From the NCBI GenBank assembly GCA_965226095.1, contig OZ245336.1, positions 1,143,867 through 1,207,866 of the forward strand: a stretch of 64,000 bases of DNA, in the 5' to 3' direction. This document shows, one piece after another, positions 32,510 to 43,287 of the stretch (the first letter of the stretch is position 1; every line of letters begins with the position of its first letter). The position numbers and the translations under genes are program-made. This stretch comes from Bdellovibrionales bacterium. Its GTDB lineage: Bacteria; Bdellovibrionota; Bdellovibrionia; Bdellovibrionales; UBA1609. Under the pieces are notes generated by a model. The model was not told where the DNA came from. It saw only the letters and a program-made list of their open reading frames with translations, and ran no database searches.

Positions 32510-34498
32510 TTAACTCACTACTGGCTTGGGACTACTGATAGAATCAGATTGACTGCTACCTACTGCAGAATCAAGTTTCTCTAAACTTTTTTGTTTACTC
32601 AGTTTTTGCGCTACTTCCTGTCTTTCCTGTTCTAACTGTTGATCTTTTTCTATTCTTTTTTTATTTAATTCTTTCAAATCTACTCCCTTCATGATCATCT
32701 CCACTTCCTCACCATTAATGGTTTCATATTCCAATAGAGCTTTAGCCATTATATGTAAAATATCTTCATTTTTTTTCAAAATATTCTGTGCCTGTTTATG
32801 AGCTGTATGTATTAAACGATAAACCTCTTGATCGATCTGCTCCGCTTTGGCTTCTGAATACTCTCTTCCTTGTGTGGATTGAATACCTAAATACACTGGT
32901 CCTTCCTTTTTTTCAAAAGCTAATGGCCCTAATTTTTCACTCATACCCCATTCACACACCATACGACGAGCCAATTCTGTAGCTTTTTCTATGTCGTTCA
33001 CCGCTCCCGTCGTGTAATCTTTAAAAATTAATTCTTCTGCCGCTCTCCCACCAAATAAAAAAGCCAAAGTATTTTCCACTTTACTTTTTGAGAGATTCAA
33101 AGTGTCTTCTTCAGGTAGAGTCTGTGTAAGTCCTAAAGCCATACCTCGTGGAATAATAGTCACTTTATGCACTGGATCCAAATTAGAAAAAGATTTTCCA
33201 ACAATAGTGTGACCGGCTTCATGGTAAGCGGTGATTTTGCGATCCTTTTCACTAATAACCATAGATCTTCTTTCACGACCCATGATGACTTTATCCTTAG
33301 CCTTTTCCACATCCAACATTTCAATTTGATTTTTATCCACGTGAGCGGCCATAAGAGCCGCTTCATTAATTAAATTTTCCAAGTCAGCACCGGAAAAACC
33401 AGGAGTACCTCTTGCAATCTTTTTTAAGTCTACACTTTTGGAAAGAAGAACTTTACGTGTATGTACTTTTAAAATTTCATAACGCCCCTTTAAATCCGGA
33501 GAGTTGACCACTACTCTCCGATCAAAACGACCAGGACGAAGTAGCGCAGGATCCAACACATCCGGACGGTTAGTGGCAGCAATCAAAATAATACCTACCT
33601 GACTTTCAAAACCATCCATCTCCACCAATAACTGATTGAGGGTTTGCTCTCTTTCATCGTGACCACCTCCCATGCCGGAGCCACGGTGTCTTCCCACTGC
33701 ATCAATCTCATCCACAAAAATCACACAAGGTGCACTCTTTTTACCTTGTAAAAACAAATCTCTCACTCGAGAGGCACCTACACCTACGAACATTTCCACA
33801 AAATCCGACCCGGAGATAGTGAAAAACGGCACATCCGCCTCACCTGCCACTGCTTTAGCTAATAATGTCTTACCTGTCCCAGGAGCCCCTATTAATAAAA
33901 CCCCTTTTGGAATACGACCACCCAATCGAGTAAACTTTTTTGGATTTTTTAAAAAATCCACAATTTCCTTCAGCTCATCCTTAGCTTCTTCAACACCAGC
34001 TACATCTTTAAAACTCATTTTCTTTTTATTGGAAACTAAACGTGCCCGACTTTTCCCAAAAGCTAATGCCTTCCCTCCTCCAATCTGTAACTGGCGAATA
34101 AAGAAAATAAAGATCCCGGCAAAAATAATCAAAGGGAGCCAGTTTAAAAACAAAGATTTCCAAAAAGAACTATCATCGTTTATATAAATGGGCGTGATAC
34201 CTTTTTCACGTACAATTTCAAAACCTTTATCACCTACATTAGCATCAATACGAAATTTTTTCCCATTGTGTAACTTTGCAGCCTCTTCCGTTAACTCTCC
34301 AGAAATAGTCTTTCGATTTTCATTGAATATTACACTATCTGCCTTTATTTCACCCTGCTCCAAGGCTTTTATAAATTTAGGGTAATTAAAATCTTTCACA
34401 TAAGATTGACGATGCCGTCCGTAGAATTGAAAAAAGATCAACCCAATCAATAAAAAAGAGATCCAAACTAAAAATACTTTTTTACTGGTTTTATTCAT
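32510..34498 (-). CDS. ftsH: ATP-dependent zinc metalloprotease FtsH
   Basis: Two TMs, [19 protein letters not shown] and HEAGH. Confidence 0.98.
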   Translation of the reverse strand: MNKTSKKVFLVWISFLLIGLIFFQFYGRHRQSYVKDFNYPKFIKALEQGEIKADSVIFNENRKTISGELTEEAAKLHNGKKFRIDANVGDKGFEIVREKGITPIYINDDSSFWKSLFLNWLPLIIFAGIFIFFIRQLQIGGGKALAFGKSRARLVSNKKKMSFKDVAGVEEAKDELKEIVDFLKNPKKFTRLGGRIPKGVLLIGAPGTGKTLLAKAVAGEADVPFFTISGSDFVEMFVGVGASRVRDLFLQGKKSAPCVIFVDEIDAVGRHRGSGMGGGHDEREQTLNQLLVEMDGFESQVGIILIAATNRPDVLDPALLRPGRFDRRVVVNSPDLKGRYEILKVHTRKVLLSKSVDLKKIARGTPGFSGADLENLINEAALMAAHVDKNQIEMLDVEKAKDKVIMGRERRSMVISEKDRKITAYHEAGHTIVGKSFSNLDPVHKVTIIPRGMALGLTQTLPEEDTLNLSKSKVENTLAFLFGGRAAEELIFKDYTTGAVNDIEKATELARRMVCEWGMSEKLGPLAFEKKEGPVYLGIQSTQGREYSEAKAEQIDQEVYRLIHTAHKQAQNILKKNEDILHIMAKALLEYETINGEEVEMIMKGVDLKELNKKRIEKDQQLEQERQEVAQKLSKQKSLEKLDSAVGSSQSDSISSPKPVVS

Positions 34499-34505
34499 AC
34501 TGCTT

Positions 34506-35531
34506 TTACCCCTGTATTTGTTGCTTTTGCTTTTTCAAGGAATGTCTTTCCTTTTTCTGAGGAGTTAACCATAAAGGAGTAACTTCCCAAACTTTTCCTA
34601 ATAAAGAAAATGTGAACCTTTTTTGAGATCTGTCAAGCTGTTTTATTAATTCCTCTATATGAAATACAGAATAATTTTTAAATTGTTGTTTGTGCATATA
34701 GCAAGCTAAAACCTCTTTTTTATCTTTATTTGACAGAGCCTGCAAGCTCTTTCTATTAACAACTCCATCAATAACCACTAAATTATATAGATATTCCACT
34801 CTACTTTGAGCTTCAACACTATTTTCCACTATCAACTCTATGGACTTGGCTAAAGTTTTTAAAGCCCCCGATCTTTTCTGTTCTAAATTCATTAGCCAAT
34901 TGTTTCGGATCCAATTTCTAAAACTATACTCTGAAGATTGATTACTTGGATCTTCACACCAAGAAAGATGTTTTTCATTAGCATAATCCAAAACCTGTTG
35001 ACGAGTCACATTAATAAAAGGCCTAAGTAGTTTATCTTTTTTTAAAATCATTGAAGTCAAGCCTTGCCTACCTGTTCCTCTAATAAGACGAATGAGTCTT
35101 GTTTCCAATAAATCATTTGTAGTATGAGCCAATACCAGATAATCAGAGGAACTTGTTTTCATACATTCTGAAAAAAAATAATAACGTCTCTGTCTCATAT
35201 TTTCCTCTGAAGATTTAACACCAATATTCAATATTTTACTATAAAATACGATTTTATGTTTCTCACAACACTGTTTCACCATACTAAGAGCCTGATCTTG
35301 AAACTTTTTTTGTTTTTTACTTTGAGAGCCATGATGGACATGCACTACCGATAATTCAATATTTAAAATATTTTTAAGCTCTAAAAAAAGATAGAGCAAA
35401 CAGATAGAATCCACACCACCGGACACAGCAATCAACAATTTTTTATCTTTTATCTTTTTAGCTTTTAAACTATTTAAGACATGATGAAAAAGAGAGTGAT
35501 TCATTTTTTGAACAGACATCTTATATTTCAT
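34506..35531 (-). CDS. tilS: tRNA(Ile)-lysidine synthase
   Basis: AVSGGVDS PP-loop, HVHHG, LAH..D..ET, EDPSN and RN.IR; upstream of ftsH. Start uncertain (35570, 35531 or later). Confidence 0.93.
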   Translation of the reverse strand: MKYKMSVQKMNHSLFHHVLNSLKAKKIKDKKLLIAVSGGVDSICLLYLFLELKNILNIELSVVHVHHGSQSKKQKKFQDQALSMVKQCCEKHKIVFYSKILNIGVKSSEENMRQRRYYFFSECMKTSSSDYLVLAHTTNDLLETRLIRLIRGTGRQGLTSMILKKDKLLRPFINVTRQQVLDYANEKHLSWCEDPSNQSSEYSFRNWIRNNWLMNLEQKRSGALKTLAKSIELIVENSVEAQSRVEYLYNLVVIDGVVNRKSLQALSNKDKKEVLACYMHKQQFKNYSVFHIEELIKQLDRSQKRFTFSLLGKVWEVTPLWLTPQKKERHSLKKQKQQIQG

Positions 35532-35729
35532 AACACTGATTTTACAAAAATCTGAACCATTTTGCACCATTTTATTTACAAGGATTTGTTGACAACATTA
35601 TTTTTAATTGTTGCACTGAAATAAAGGGGTTGATATCCCGGCGAGAAATTCTAAATACACCCACTATTATATTGGCAGTTTTTATGTACCTCTATACTTT
35701 ATCCAATTTAGAATACCAGAAACCAAAAA

Positions 35730-36470
35730 ATGAACTTACGTCTGCCATCTGAGTTTAAATCCTATAAACCCAATATAACTTTCAATATTGACACTCCAAA
35801 ATTTATTGTAAAAGTAGCCGAAACTCCAGAGGAGCTTTTAGGCGTATCCCATCTTCGTCATAATGTCTTTCAGAAAGAGTGGAGAGGAGTTGTTTTAGAG
35901 CCACAGATAAGTACTGATGAATTTGATATTTATGGAGAACAATTGATTGTTATCAGTAAGAACAATAATCAAGTAGTAGGTTTCTATCGTTTAACTTCTT
36001 CCATTTTTAATAGTAGCCCTCACTTTTGTAATTGAGAAGCCTTTGATATGCGTAACTTCATAAGAGAAAAAACAGGGAATGGAGTAGAGATGGAATGGGC
36101 TTGTCTACACAAGAACGTAAGAACTAGTCGCACTATTCACTATCTATGGCTAGGCTTGGCAAAGTATTTTCGCCAAACACATTCTAATTATATGTTTGGA
36201 CAAGTTCATATTCTAGATAGTAACCCTGAGGAAATAGCTTGCATTTATAATACTTTTCTAAAAAATAAAATTGTTGATACAACATTGATAGTTCATCCAA
36301 AAAAAGAACATGCTGTTAAAAATTTCGACCAACTCCTCTTAAAGGAAAAGTCTAATCAGGAAAAACTGGAGAAATTATCCCGTTTATTTTTATGGTATCT
36401 AAAACTAGGAACCAGAGTGATTAAAAATGAGTCTATAACTGAAAAATTGAAAACTTGCAAGGCCTCCTGA
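35730..36470 (+). pseudogene. Interrupted GNAT (OlsB/acetyltransferase-5-like) N-acyltransferase
   Basis: Two same-frame ORFs separated by one TGA (36033-36035): VAET.EE..LRH.VF, DEFD, VVGFYRL | FD, E..WACLH, LW.GL, YMFG, YLKLG. The expected C-terminal segment after YLKLG appears lost. Confidence 0.75.
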
Positions 36471-36482
36471 GGGCCTTGCAAG
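36454..36482 (-). terminator. Hairpin / probable intrinsic terminator distal to the tRNA-linked element
   Basis: 11-bp arms CTTGCAAGGCC/GGCCTTGCAAG, followed on the minus strand by TTTTCAATTTTT. Confidence 0.6.
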
Positions 36483-36486
36483 GAGA

Positions 36487-36671
36487 GGCAGGATTTCCTG
36501 ACTTTATTCGTTCGCATCCTGAAAAGCCCCACAGCGGCTTTTCAGTTTACCTATACTCTCTGCGTAGGCTCCCCTCTCTCACTCAAAAAATCGTCCAGAT
36601 TTTCTGCCTTGTATTGAATACTCCCGCTGATCATATTCAACACAAGTCGTTCGTTCCCTTCAAATCCTGCC
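36487..36671. mobile_element. tRNA-linked, MITE-like multi-hairpin element
   Basis: 10-bp terminal inverted repeat GGCAGGATTT/AAATCCTGCC identical to the tRNA T-arm. Internal hairpins at 36519-36545, 36587-36603 and 36608-36646. GC-richer than flanking DNA. Confidence 0.55.
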
Positions 36672-36675
36672 CTAG

Positions 36676-36714
36676 TAAAAAATAAAAAAGACCTGAGGTC
36701 TTTTTTATTTTTTA
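36676..36714 (-). terminator. Intrinsic terminator of tRNA-fMet
   Basis: Perfect 18-bp arms TAAAAAATAAAAAAGACC-TGA-GGTCTTTTTTATTTTTTA starting immediately after the CCA. Confidence 0.75.
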
Positions 36715-36791
<77 letters not shown>

Positions 36792-36832
36792 ATAATCATG
36801 GTAAAATCATCAAAATCAGGTATTATAGTCAA

Positions 36833-38920
36833 GTGAATTTAAAAAAATTAATTTTTATTTTTTTTATAACTCCCTTTGCACTGCTTCAAACTGCATCAAT
36901 AGCAGAAACTTTAAAGCTTTCCAATGCTAAATTAATCAGTCCTTTTCAGTCTTTACCTCTATTACAAACAAATACAATAAAAGTCCCTATTGGAATCTAT
37001 ATTCATCTGAAAGAAGGATGGCATAGTTATTGGAAACAACCTGGAGAAAGTGGAAAAGCCCTAACAGTAAAATGGATTTTACCTAAAGGCGCAACAATAG
37101 ATCCTCTTAGCTGGCCTTTTCCAGAAAGATTTACTGCTGGCTCTGTTCCGATATTTACAGAAAACTCTAACAAACCTCAACTAAATAAATCTCTTATTAG
37201 TTTTGGTTATAAACAACCATTCCTCTTGTATACAACTTTATACTTACCAAATAAATATATCAAAATAACAACACAAAAAAATCAAGCCATTAAAATTTCT
37301 GCTGAGGTCGATTGGCTGATATGTAAAGAACTATGTATTCCGTTCAACCAAAATATCCATCTCTCTTTACCAATCAATAAAGAAATAAAAAAAAATATTT
37401 ATTGGGCAAAAGTATTTAATGAAACTCAGAAAAAAATACCAAAGCCAATGAATAAAACTTTCTCCATGAAATTAAAAAATACTTATTGGCAAACTGATGT
37501 AGAAACTCCATCACCTGGCCAATTATTGGATATTTTCCCCCTGTCACTAAATATGTTTTCCGCTCAAACTCCTGAGATTTTATCCACAAACTCAAAACAA
37601 CATAGCTTTAAAATAAAAAAAACCAAAACAAACACAAGAAAACAAACAAAAGCAGTGCTTGTTTTTAAAGAGAAAAATCGCTCTACTGGTAAGGTCACAA
37701 AAACAGCCCATATATTCACTTTTAAAAAATATAAAAAAAATATTCTTTGGTTTTTATTACTGGCATTTCTAGGAGGTTTTATTTTAAATTTCATGCCCTG
37801 TGTTTTACCTATTGTATTCTTAAAGTTTTCCCATACCTTGGAACAAATTGAAAAACAGTCAATGGCTGTTATTTTATCCAATATTTTTTATAGCTTAGGG
37901 GTCATTTCATCTTTTCTTGCCCTGGCTTTTCTACTGATTGGCTTAAAAACTACTGGGGAATCCATAGGTTGGGGCTTTCAAATGCAATCCCCTTATTTCC
38001 TGATCGGCATCACACTTCTTTTTGTTTTAATCAGTCTTAACTTTATGGGATGGTTCTCTATTACTATCCCCTCTTTTGCTTCTTTTCATAGAGGAACAGA
38101 ATACTTCAAAAATTTTTTAACAGGGGTTTTATCCACTACAGCAGCTTCTCCATGTACAGTGCCTTTTATGGGTGCTGCCATTGGCTATGCTGTGAGTGGA
38201 AACACTGTGGATATTGTCCTTATTTTCTCTTTTTTAGGCCTGGGAATGTCTTCCCCCTATCTATTACTATCTGTTTTCCCACAATGGATCCACTATGCCC
38301 CTCGTCCAGGAGCATGGAGTGAAAAACTAAAACATTTTATGGCTTTCCCCATGCTAGCCACTTCCGCCTGGCTCATTCACCTGTTGAACCGTCAGGAACC
38401 AGACATTCTCTTACCATTACTTCTAAGCCTTTTACTATTGGCTTTTAGCTTTTATCTGATGAAAACCACAAAAAAATATTTAAAATGGATAGCTAAAATA
38501 CTAGTCATTATAGCCAGCTTAGGAGCATTCTCAAGTTATTATTTATATCAGAAAACAGATCCAAAAATGCAAATTGAATGGCAAACTTTTTCCAAGACAA
38601 AGTTAAATCAACTTCGCTCACAAGGAAAACCTATATTTATTAATTTTACTGCAGATTGGTGCCTAACCTGTAAATGGAATGAACAAGTTGCTTTTAAAAA
38701 TAAAAAAGTCATCCAATTATTTAAAGATAAAAAAATCCATGCTCTTAAAGGAGATTGGACTCATAAAAATCAGGAAATCACTAATATTTTGGATTCCTAT
38801 GCCCGCTCCGGCATTCCATTTTATCTATATTTTCCGGAAGGGATGAGTTCTACCAGTGTCATTGTGCCTGAATGGCTGACACCCGGTATTCTTATACAAC
38901 AAATCAAAAAGAATAAATGA
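36833..38920 (+). CDS. dsbD: Thiol:disulfide interchange protein, DsbD/ScsB-like
   Basis: GWHSYWKQPGESG, CKELC, TM Cys motifs MPCVLP and SPCTVP, thioredoxin WCLTC. Start set to GTG 36833 because the track start lies inside the tRNA. Confidence 0.9.
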   Translation: MNLKKLIFIFFITPFALLQTASIAETLKLSNAKLISPFQSLPLLQTNTIKVPIGIYIHLKEGWHSYWKQPGESGKALTVKWILPKGATIDPLSWPFPERFTAGSVPIFTENSNKPQLNKSLISFGYKQPFLLYTTLYLPNKYIKITTQKNQAIKISAEVDWLICKELCIPFNQNIHLSLPINKEIKKNIYWAKVFNETQKKIPKPMNKTFSMKLKNTYWQTDVETPSPGQLLDIFPLSLNMFSAQTPEILSTNSKQHSFKIKKTKTNTRKQTKAVLVFKEKNRSTGKVTKTAHIFTFKKYKKNILWFLLLAFLGGFILNFMPCVLPIVFLKFSHTLEQIEKQSMAVILSNIFYSLGVISSFLALAFLLIGLKTTGESIGWGFQMQSPYFLIGITLLFVLISLNFMGWFSITIPSFASFHRGTEYFKNFLTGVLSTTAASPCTVPFMGAAIGYAVSGNTVDIVLIFSFLGLGMSSPYLLLSVFPQWIHYAPRPGAWSEKLKHFMAFPMLATSAWLIHLLNRQEPDILLPLLLSLLLLAFSFYLMKTTKKYLKWIAKILVIIASLGAFSSYYLYQKTDPKMQIEWQTFSKTKLNQLRSQGKPIFINFTADWCLTCKWNEQVAFKNKKVIQLFKDKKIHALKGDWTHKNQEITNILDSYARSGIPFYLYFPEGMSSTSVIVPEWLTPGILIQQIKKNK

Positions 38921-38937
38921 AAATGATTGTCATTTCT
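38919..38937. promoter_or_regulatory. Putative Fur box upstream of fur
   Basis: GAAAATGATTGTCATTTCT matches 13/19 of GATAATGATAATCATTATC and lies 2 bp before a TTGACA (38940-38945). Confidence 0.5.
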
Positions 38938-38976
38938 ATTTGACAACCATCGCTACAAATTCTTATAGAAAGATAT

Positions 38977-39489
38977 ATGGAAATACCTACTTTACCAACT
39001 GGTCACGCAAAAGATGAACTTATTCAACCAAGAGCTAAACTCACAGAAGATAATTTAAAATCCATGTTGAGAAGTATGAACTTAAAAGTGACTCATCAAA
39101 GAATATCTATTTTAAAAGCCTTAAACAAAGGACCAAAAAGCCATGTTACTGCTAAAGATGTTTTCGAAAAAGTACGACAGGAATACCCTAATATCGGTTT
39201 TGCCACTGTTTATCGTTTTTTAAAACAAACCTCCCGCTTTGGTATCACATCTGAATTACGACTTGGTCATGCACCAACCAGATATGAATTAAAAATCAGA
39301 GAACATCATCATCACATTGTTTGCATAAAATGCGGGAAAATTGTAGAATTCCAAAACAACACCATTGAAAAACAAATTAAAAAAATTAGTACCGATCACA
39401 ACTTCACAATTGAACATCATATCTTTGAACTCTATGGTCGATGTAGCCGATCTTCCTGCAAAAATACTTCATCAGAAGAGAAGAAATAA
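38977..39489 (+). CDS. fur: Fur-family transcriptional regulator
   Basis: KVTHQR, HVTA, GFATVYR, HHHHIVCIKCG and LYGRC. Confidence 0.92.
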   Translation: MEIPTLPTGHAKDELIQPRAKLTEDNLKSMLRSMNLKVTHQRISILKALNKGPKSHVTAKDVFEKVRQEYPNIGFATVYRFLKQTSRFGITSELRLGHAPTRYELKIREHHHHIVCIKCGKIVEFQNNTIEKQIKKISTDHNFTIEHHIFELYGRCSRSSCKNTSSEEKK

Positions 39490-39500
39490 ACATTTACAAA

Positions 39501-40610
39501 TTAAGTACCAATAAAACTGGAGCTACATTTTCTTTTTCTGGATCGTTTTTGTTGTTGTCCTTGTCGCCTCTGTGTTGTTTTCTTTTTTGAATCTTTAGCA
39601 CCATTTTTCTCAGCACTTTTATTCATAAGAAACTGTGTTATCTCAAGACCATTTGTAACTCCTGTATCAAGTGCCCTTAAAGCACCCTGTATTTTTGCCA
39701 AATACAAAGGAGTTCTACCCTCATTGTCTTTCGCATGAACATCAGCACCATTATCAACAAGAAAATTTACCAGTTTTATTCCACCATATCTTGCTGCTAC
39801 ATGCAAAGCAGTTAACCCATATTCATTTGTAGTATGAATATCGACACCATTATCAAACAGAAACTTAGCCACTCTGATACTATCATATTTTGCTGCAAAA
39901 TGTAGAAAAGTGCTACCTCTACTGTTTCTAAAACGAATATCAAAATCTCTATTCATAAAAAACTCTACCGCTGCAACATTATCGTTTATAACTGCAATAT
40001 GAACAAGGCTCATACCTTTATTAGTATGAACATCAGCATCAGCTCCTTTGTCGATAAGCAATCTGATCATTCTTAAACTTCCCTGTCTTGCTACTGCTTC
40101 ATGTAGAGGGGTCGCTCCATTATTGTTCTTGGCATGAATATCAGCTCCTCTGCCAATCAGAACCTTTGCCTCTTTAAAGTTGCCATACTTCACTGCCACA
40201 TGCAGGGGAGTTGCTCCACTATTGTCTTTCGCATGAGCATCAGCACCATTATTAATAAGAACCTCTGTTAACTCATAATCACCAAACATTGCCATCCAAT
40301 GCAGAAGAGTTTGACCTTTCATCGTTCTCATATTAATATTTGCACCCTTATTGATAAGAGTTTCTATCTCTTGAACACTACCAGATTCTAATACCAAATT
40401 CAGAAGAGCTAAATTATTACTATGTTTAGTTTTAACACCAAATTTTTTATTAATAAAAAGTTCTCTAATATAATTAAAGTCAATTATCTTAGCTATTTTA
40501 TTACGTGTTCTCTTATTGTGATCACGTGTAGTCTCTTTTGAAAGTACAGCAAAAGCAGATAGATACAGAAAATATTGTAAAAAAAGAATAATAAAGAATT
40601 TAAAAGCCAT
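39501..40610 (-). CDS. Secreted ankyrin-repeat protein
   Basis: Signal peptide ending AFA, several GxTPLH/GADxHAKD repeats (two nearly identical at DNA level, ~39724 and ~40222), and a basic C-terminal tail. Confidence 0.9.
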   Translation of the reverse strand: MAFKFFIILFLQYFLYLSAFAVLSKETTRDHNKRTRNKIAKIIDFNYIRELFINKKFGVKTKHSNNLALLNLVLESGSVQEIETLINKGANINMRTMKGQTLLHWMAMFGDYELTEVLINNGADAHAKDNSGATPLHVAVKYGNFKEAKVLIGRGADIHAKNNNGATPLHEAVARQGSLRMIRLLIDKGADADVHTNKGMSLVHIAVINDNVAAVEFFMNRDFDIRFRNSRGSTFLHFAAKYDSIRVAKFLFDNGVDIHTTNEYGLTALHVAARYGGIKLVNFLVDNGADVHAKDNEGRTPLYLAKIQGALRALDTGVTNGLEITQFLMNKSAEKNGAKDSKKKTTQRRQGQQQKRSRKRKCSSSFIGT

Positions 40611-40819
40611 TTTCCTGATGCAATTATATTTGAATAAAATTTAAAACATTTTACTCTAAAAACATAATTTTTTATTTATTTTTTACACTTTCTATTCATT
40701 TGTTTTTTTTATATGAAAATCTTATACACTAAGTGTGTATTTTTTTCAAAACAATTTATAAGAATAATTTTTTAGAAAAGCTCATTGGGTAAATCGGATT
40801 ACAAGCATGTATTTCAAAA

Positions 40820-41410
40820 CTAATAAGCCCATAAAGAATAAAATAAAGACTTAAAAGTCTCTATTACATAACTTTCAAAGGAAATATACGATAATTGAGG
40901 AGCCACTGCAGCTAAATATATTTCATAATCATACGGAAAAAAAGCTTTAAACACTTTGTTGGCTCTATAGATATGCACATAAGAAGTAATAAGAATCAGA
41001 TTCTTGCAACCAAGTTGAGTAACCAGTTTTTTCGTCTCTTTGGCATTTCCATAAGTGGTTGTTGATTTTTTCTCCAAAATCACATCTTTTTGATTTAACT
41101 CTCCATAAAACGGCCACCATGGAAAAATTTCTCTAAGAGTGGCTCTATCATGTACACCTGAAATAATCAATTTACGAATAGATTTACGGGAAAGTAGATC
41201 AAAACCCTCTCGTACACGACCTGTACCACCTGTCAAGACAACTGCACAATCTGCCTTATAGTTTTCATCCCAGGCAGTGATTTTACCGGAAGATACTTTT
41301 CTAAACTCTAATAAAAATATAAAAACACTACTGAAAATCAATAAAAAACAAAGTGTTATGATCATTAACCATTTAAAACGCAAATAAACAAGAGTCTGTT
41401 TTTTATTCAT
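40820..41410 (-). CDS. YdcF/ElyC/SanA (DUF218) family protein
   Basis: ADCAVVLTGG, LIISG, STTTYGNA and ITSYVHIYRA. Confidence 0.88.
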   Translation of the reverse strand: MNKKQTLVYLRFKWLMIITLCFLLIFSSVFIFLLEFRKVSSGKITAWDENYKADCAVVLTGGTGRVREGFDLLSRKSIRKLIISGVHDRATLREIFPWWPFYGELNQKDVILEKKSTTTYGNAKETKKLVTQLGCKNLILITSYVHIYRANKVFKAFFPYDYEIYLAAVAPQLSYISFESYVIETFKSLFYSLWAY

Positions 41411-41419
41411 AACAAATTG

Positions 41420-41830
41420 TTATCCGGCAACTATTACTTCTATTTCCACTTTGGCATTTTTAGGGAGAGTTTTTACAGCAACACAGGAACGAGCCGGAAA
41501 AGGTTTTTTAAAATAGGAACTATATACTTTATTCACACTCTCAAAATCCTGCATATCCTGCAAAAAAACTGTTGTCTTTACAACACGACTAAAATCCCTA
41601 CCAGTGGCCTGTAAAACAGCCTGAATATTTTTAAATACTTGTTCAGTCTGAATTGTTATATCCTCTGAAACCAACTCTTGTGTCTTTAAGTCAATGGGAA
41701 TTTGACCGGATATAAAGATAAGATCACTCCCACCAACACTAATTGCCTGAGAATAAGGCCCTATTGGCTTAGGAGCCAACTCAGTAAATATCTCTTTTAC
41801 AGGACTTGATATTATCGCTTTTTTTATCAT
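41420..41830 (-). CDS. ridA: RidA (YjgF/UK114) enamine deaminase
   Basis: PIGPYSQA, SGQIP, KTTVFL, PARS and VEIE. Confidence 0.93.
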   Translation of the reverse strand: MIKKAIISSPVKEIFTELAPKPIGPYSQAISVGGSDLIFISGQIPIDLKTQELVSEDITIQTEQVFKNIQAVLQATGRDFSRVVKTTVFLQDMQDFESVNKVYSSYFKKPFPARSCVAVKTLPKNAKVEIEVIVAG

Positions 41831-41844
41831 AATAAACTTCTCTT

Positions 41845-43284
41845 TTAACTATTTTTTATTTCCTCTTCCTCTTCAATAAAATCACCCATTCCATATTTTT
41901 TCAAGCGGTAACGAAAAGAACGCAAATTTAAACCTAATAAGTTAGCAGCTGATGTCTTGGAACCATCTGTTTTTTGTAAAGCCTGGCTTAATAAATCTTT
42001 TTCCAAATTATCCATTATTTTTTCCAGATCACAACCTTCTGAAGGTAAATGTATTTTAAAATCCATACCAACTGTTTTTGAATCTTCGGAAGTGCTTTTA
42101 TGTAAAACAGGTAATACACTCTCAGACGCAACCCTCTCATCACCACTTAAAATGATTATTCGTTCAATTAAATTCTCTAATTCTCTAATATTACCCGGAT
42201 AATCATAAGACTGTAGTTTTTCCATTAACGGATTTGAAAGTGTTTTGATTGGTTTATCTAGTTTTTTACAATATTTGACAATAAAGTGATTAACTAAAAG
42301 AGAAATATCCTCTTTTCTTTCTCTTAATGGCGGTAAATGAATATTTACAACATTCAATCGATAAAAAAGATCTTCCCGAAAATTTCCTTTCTGAACCATT
42401 TCCCATAAGTTACGATTAGTGGCAGAAATCAAACGTACATTTACTTTTTTATCTGTTACAGCTCCTACCATTCTAATTGTTTTTTCCTGTAAAACTCTCA
42501 ATAACTTGGGTTGCATCCTTAAAGGTAATTCACCTACTTCATCCAAAAATAAAGTACCTCCATCTGCAGACTCAAAAAAACCTTTCTTATCTGCAATAGC
42601 ACCAGTAAAAGAACCTTTTTTGTGTCCAAACATTTCTGATTCCATTAAATCTTCAGGAATAGCTCCACAATTTACCGGAATAAAAGTTTTATTTTTAAAC
42701 GAACTATGAATGTGTATAGAGCGAGCAATAATTTCTTTCCCCGTCCCACTTTCTCCAGTGATCAATACATTAGCCATTGAACCAGCAATGCGCTTAACAT
42801 CTGACATGATTTTTTTCATACATACTGATTGACCAATCAGAGATAAATTATACTGCTTTTTACTCTTACTTGTTTCTACATGTTGATCTTTATCTGATGA
42901 TCCTTCAGTATTAAGAGCTGAAGAAATGATTTCCTTGATTTCATCTACATTAAAAGGCTTGGAAATATAATCATAGGCTCCTTGTTTCATAGACTCCACA
43001 CCTGTCTCTGCTGTCTCAAAAGCTGTCACCATTAAAAAAATAGTCTGTGGATTAATAATTTTTACTTGTTTTAATAAATCCAAACCAGATAAGCCTGGCA
43101 TATTTAAATCAGAAATAATCATGTCAAAAGATTGCTTTTTGACAAGTTCTAATGCCAACACACCATCTTTAGCAAAATTGACATCAAAAGAATCTGTGTA
43201 CTCAACTGACATTCTTTTAAATAGGATTTGAAAAAATTCACGGATGGATTGTTCATCGTCCGCTACAAGAATTTTTCTATACAT
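41845..43284 (-). CDS. pilR: Sigma54-dependent response regulator PilR
   Basis: Receiver (DDE, SDLNMP), GESGTGKE, GSFTGA, FLDEVGEL, FREDLFYRL and Fis HTH; follows pilS. Confidence 0.9.
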   Translation of the reverse strand: MYRKILVADDEQSIREFFQILFKRMSVEYTDSFDVNFAKDGVLALELVKKQSFDMIISDLNMPGLSGLDLLKQVKIINPQTIFLMVTAFETAETGVESMKQGAYDYISKPFNVDEIKEIISSALNTEGSSDKDQHVETSKSKKQYNLSLIGQSVCMKKIMSDVKRIAGSMANVLITGESGTGKEIIARSIHIHSSFKNKTFIPVNCGAIPEDLMESEMFGHKKGSFTGAIADKKGFFESADGGTLFLDEVGELPLRMQPKLLRVLQEKTIRMVGAVTDKKVNVRLISATNRNLWEMVQKGNFREDLFYRLNVVNIHLPPLRERKEDISLLVNHFIVKYCKKLDKPIKTLSNPLMEKLQSYDYPGNIRELENLIERIIILSGDERVASESVLPVLHKSTSEDSKTVGMDFKIHLPSEGCDLEKIMDNLEKDLLSQALQKTDGSKTSAANLLGLNLRSFRYRLKKYGMGDFIEEEEEIKNS

Positions 43285-43287
43285 ATT

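Noticed and set aside
36033-36035. In-frame TGA as selenocysteine or genetic-code reassignment
   Set aside because: No convincing SECIS hairpin follows and the position is not an evident catalytic Cys. TGA is a normal stop in nrdA, fabZ and dsbD, and the gene also appears 3'-truncated.
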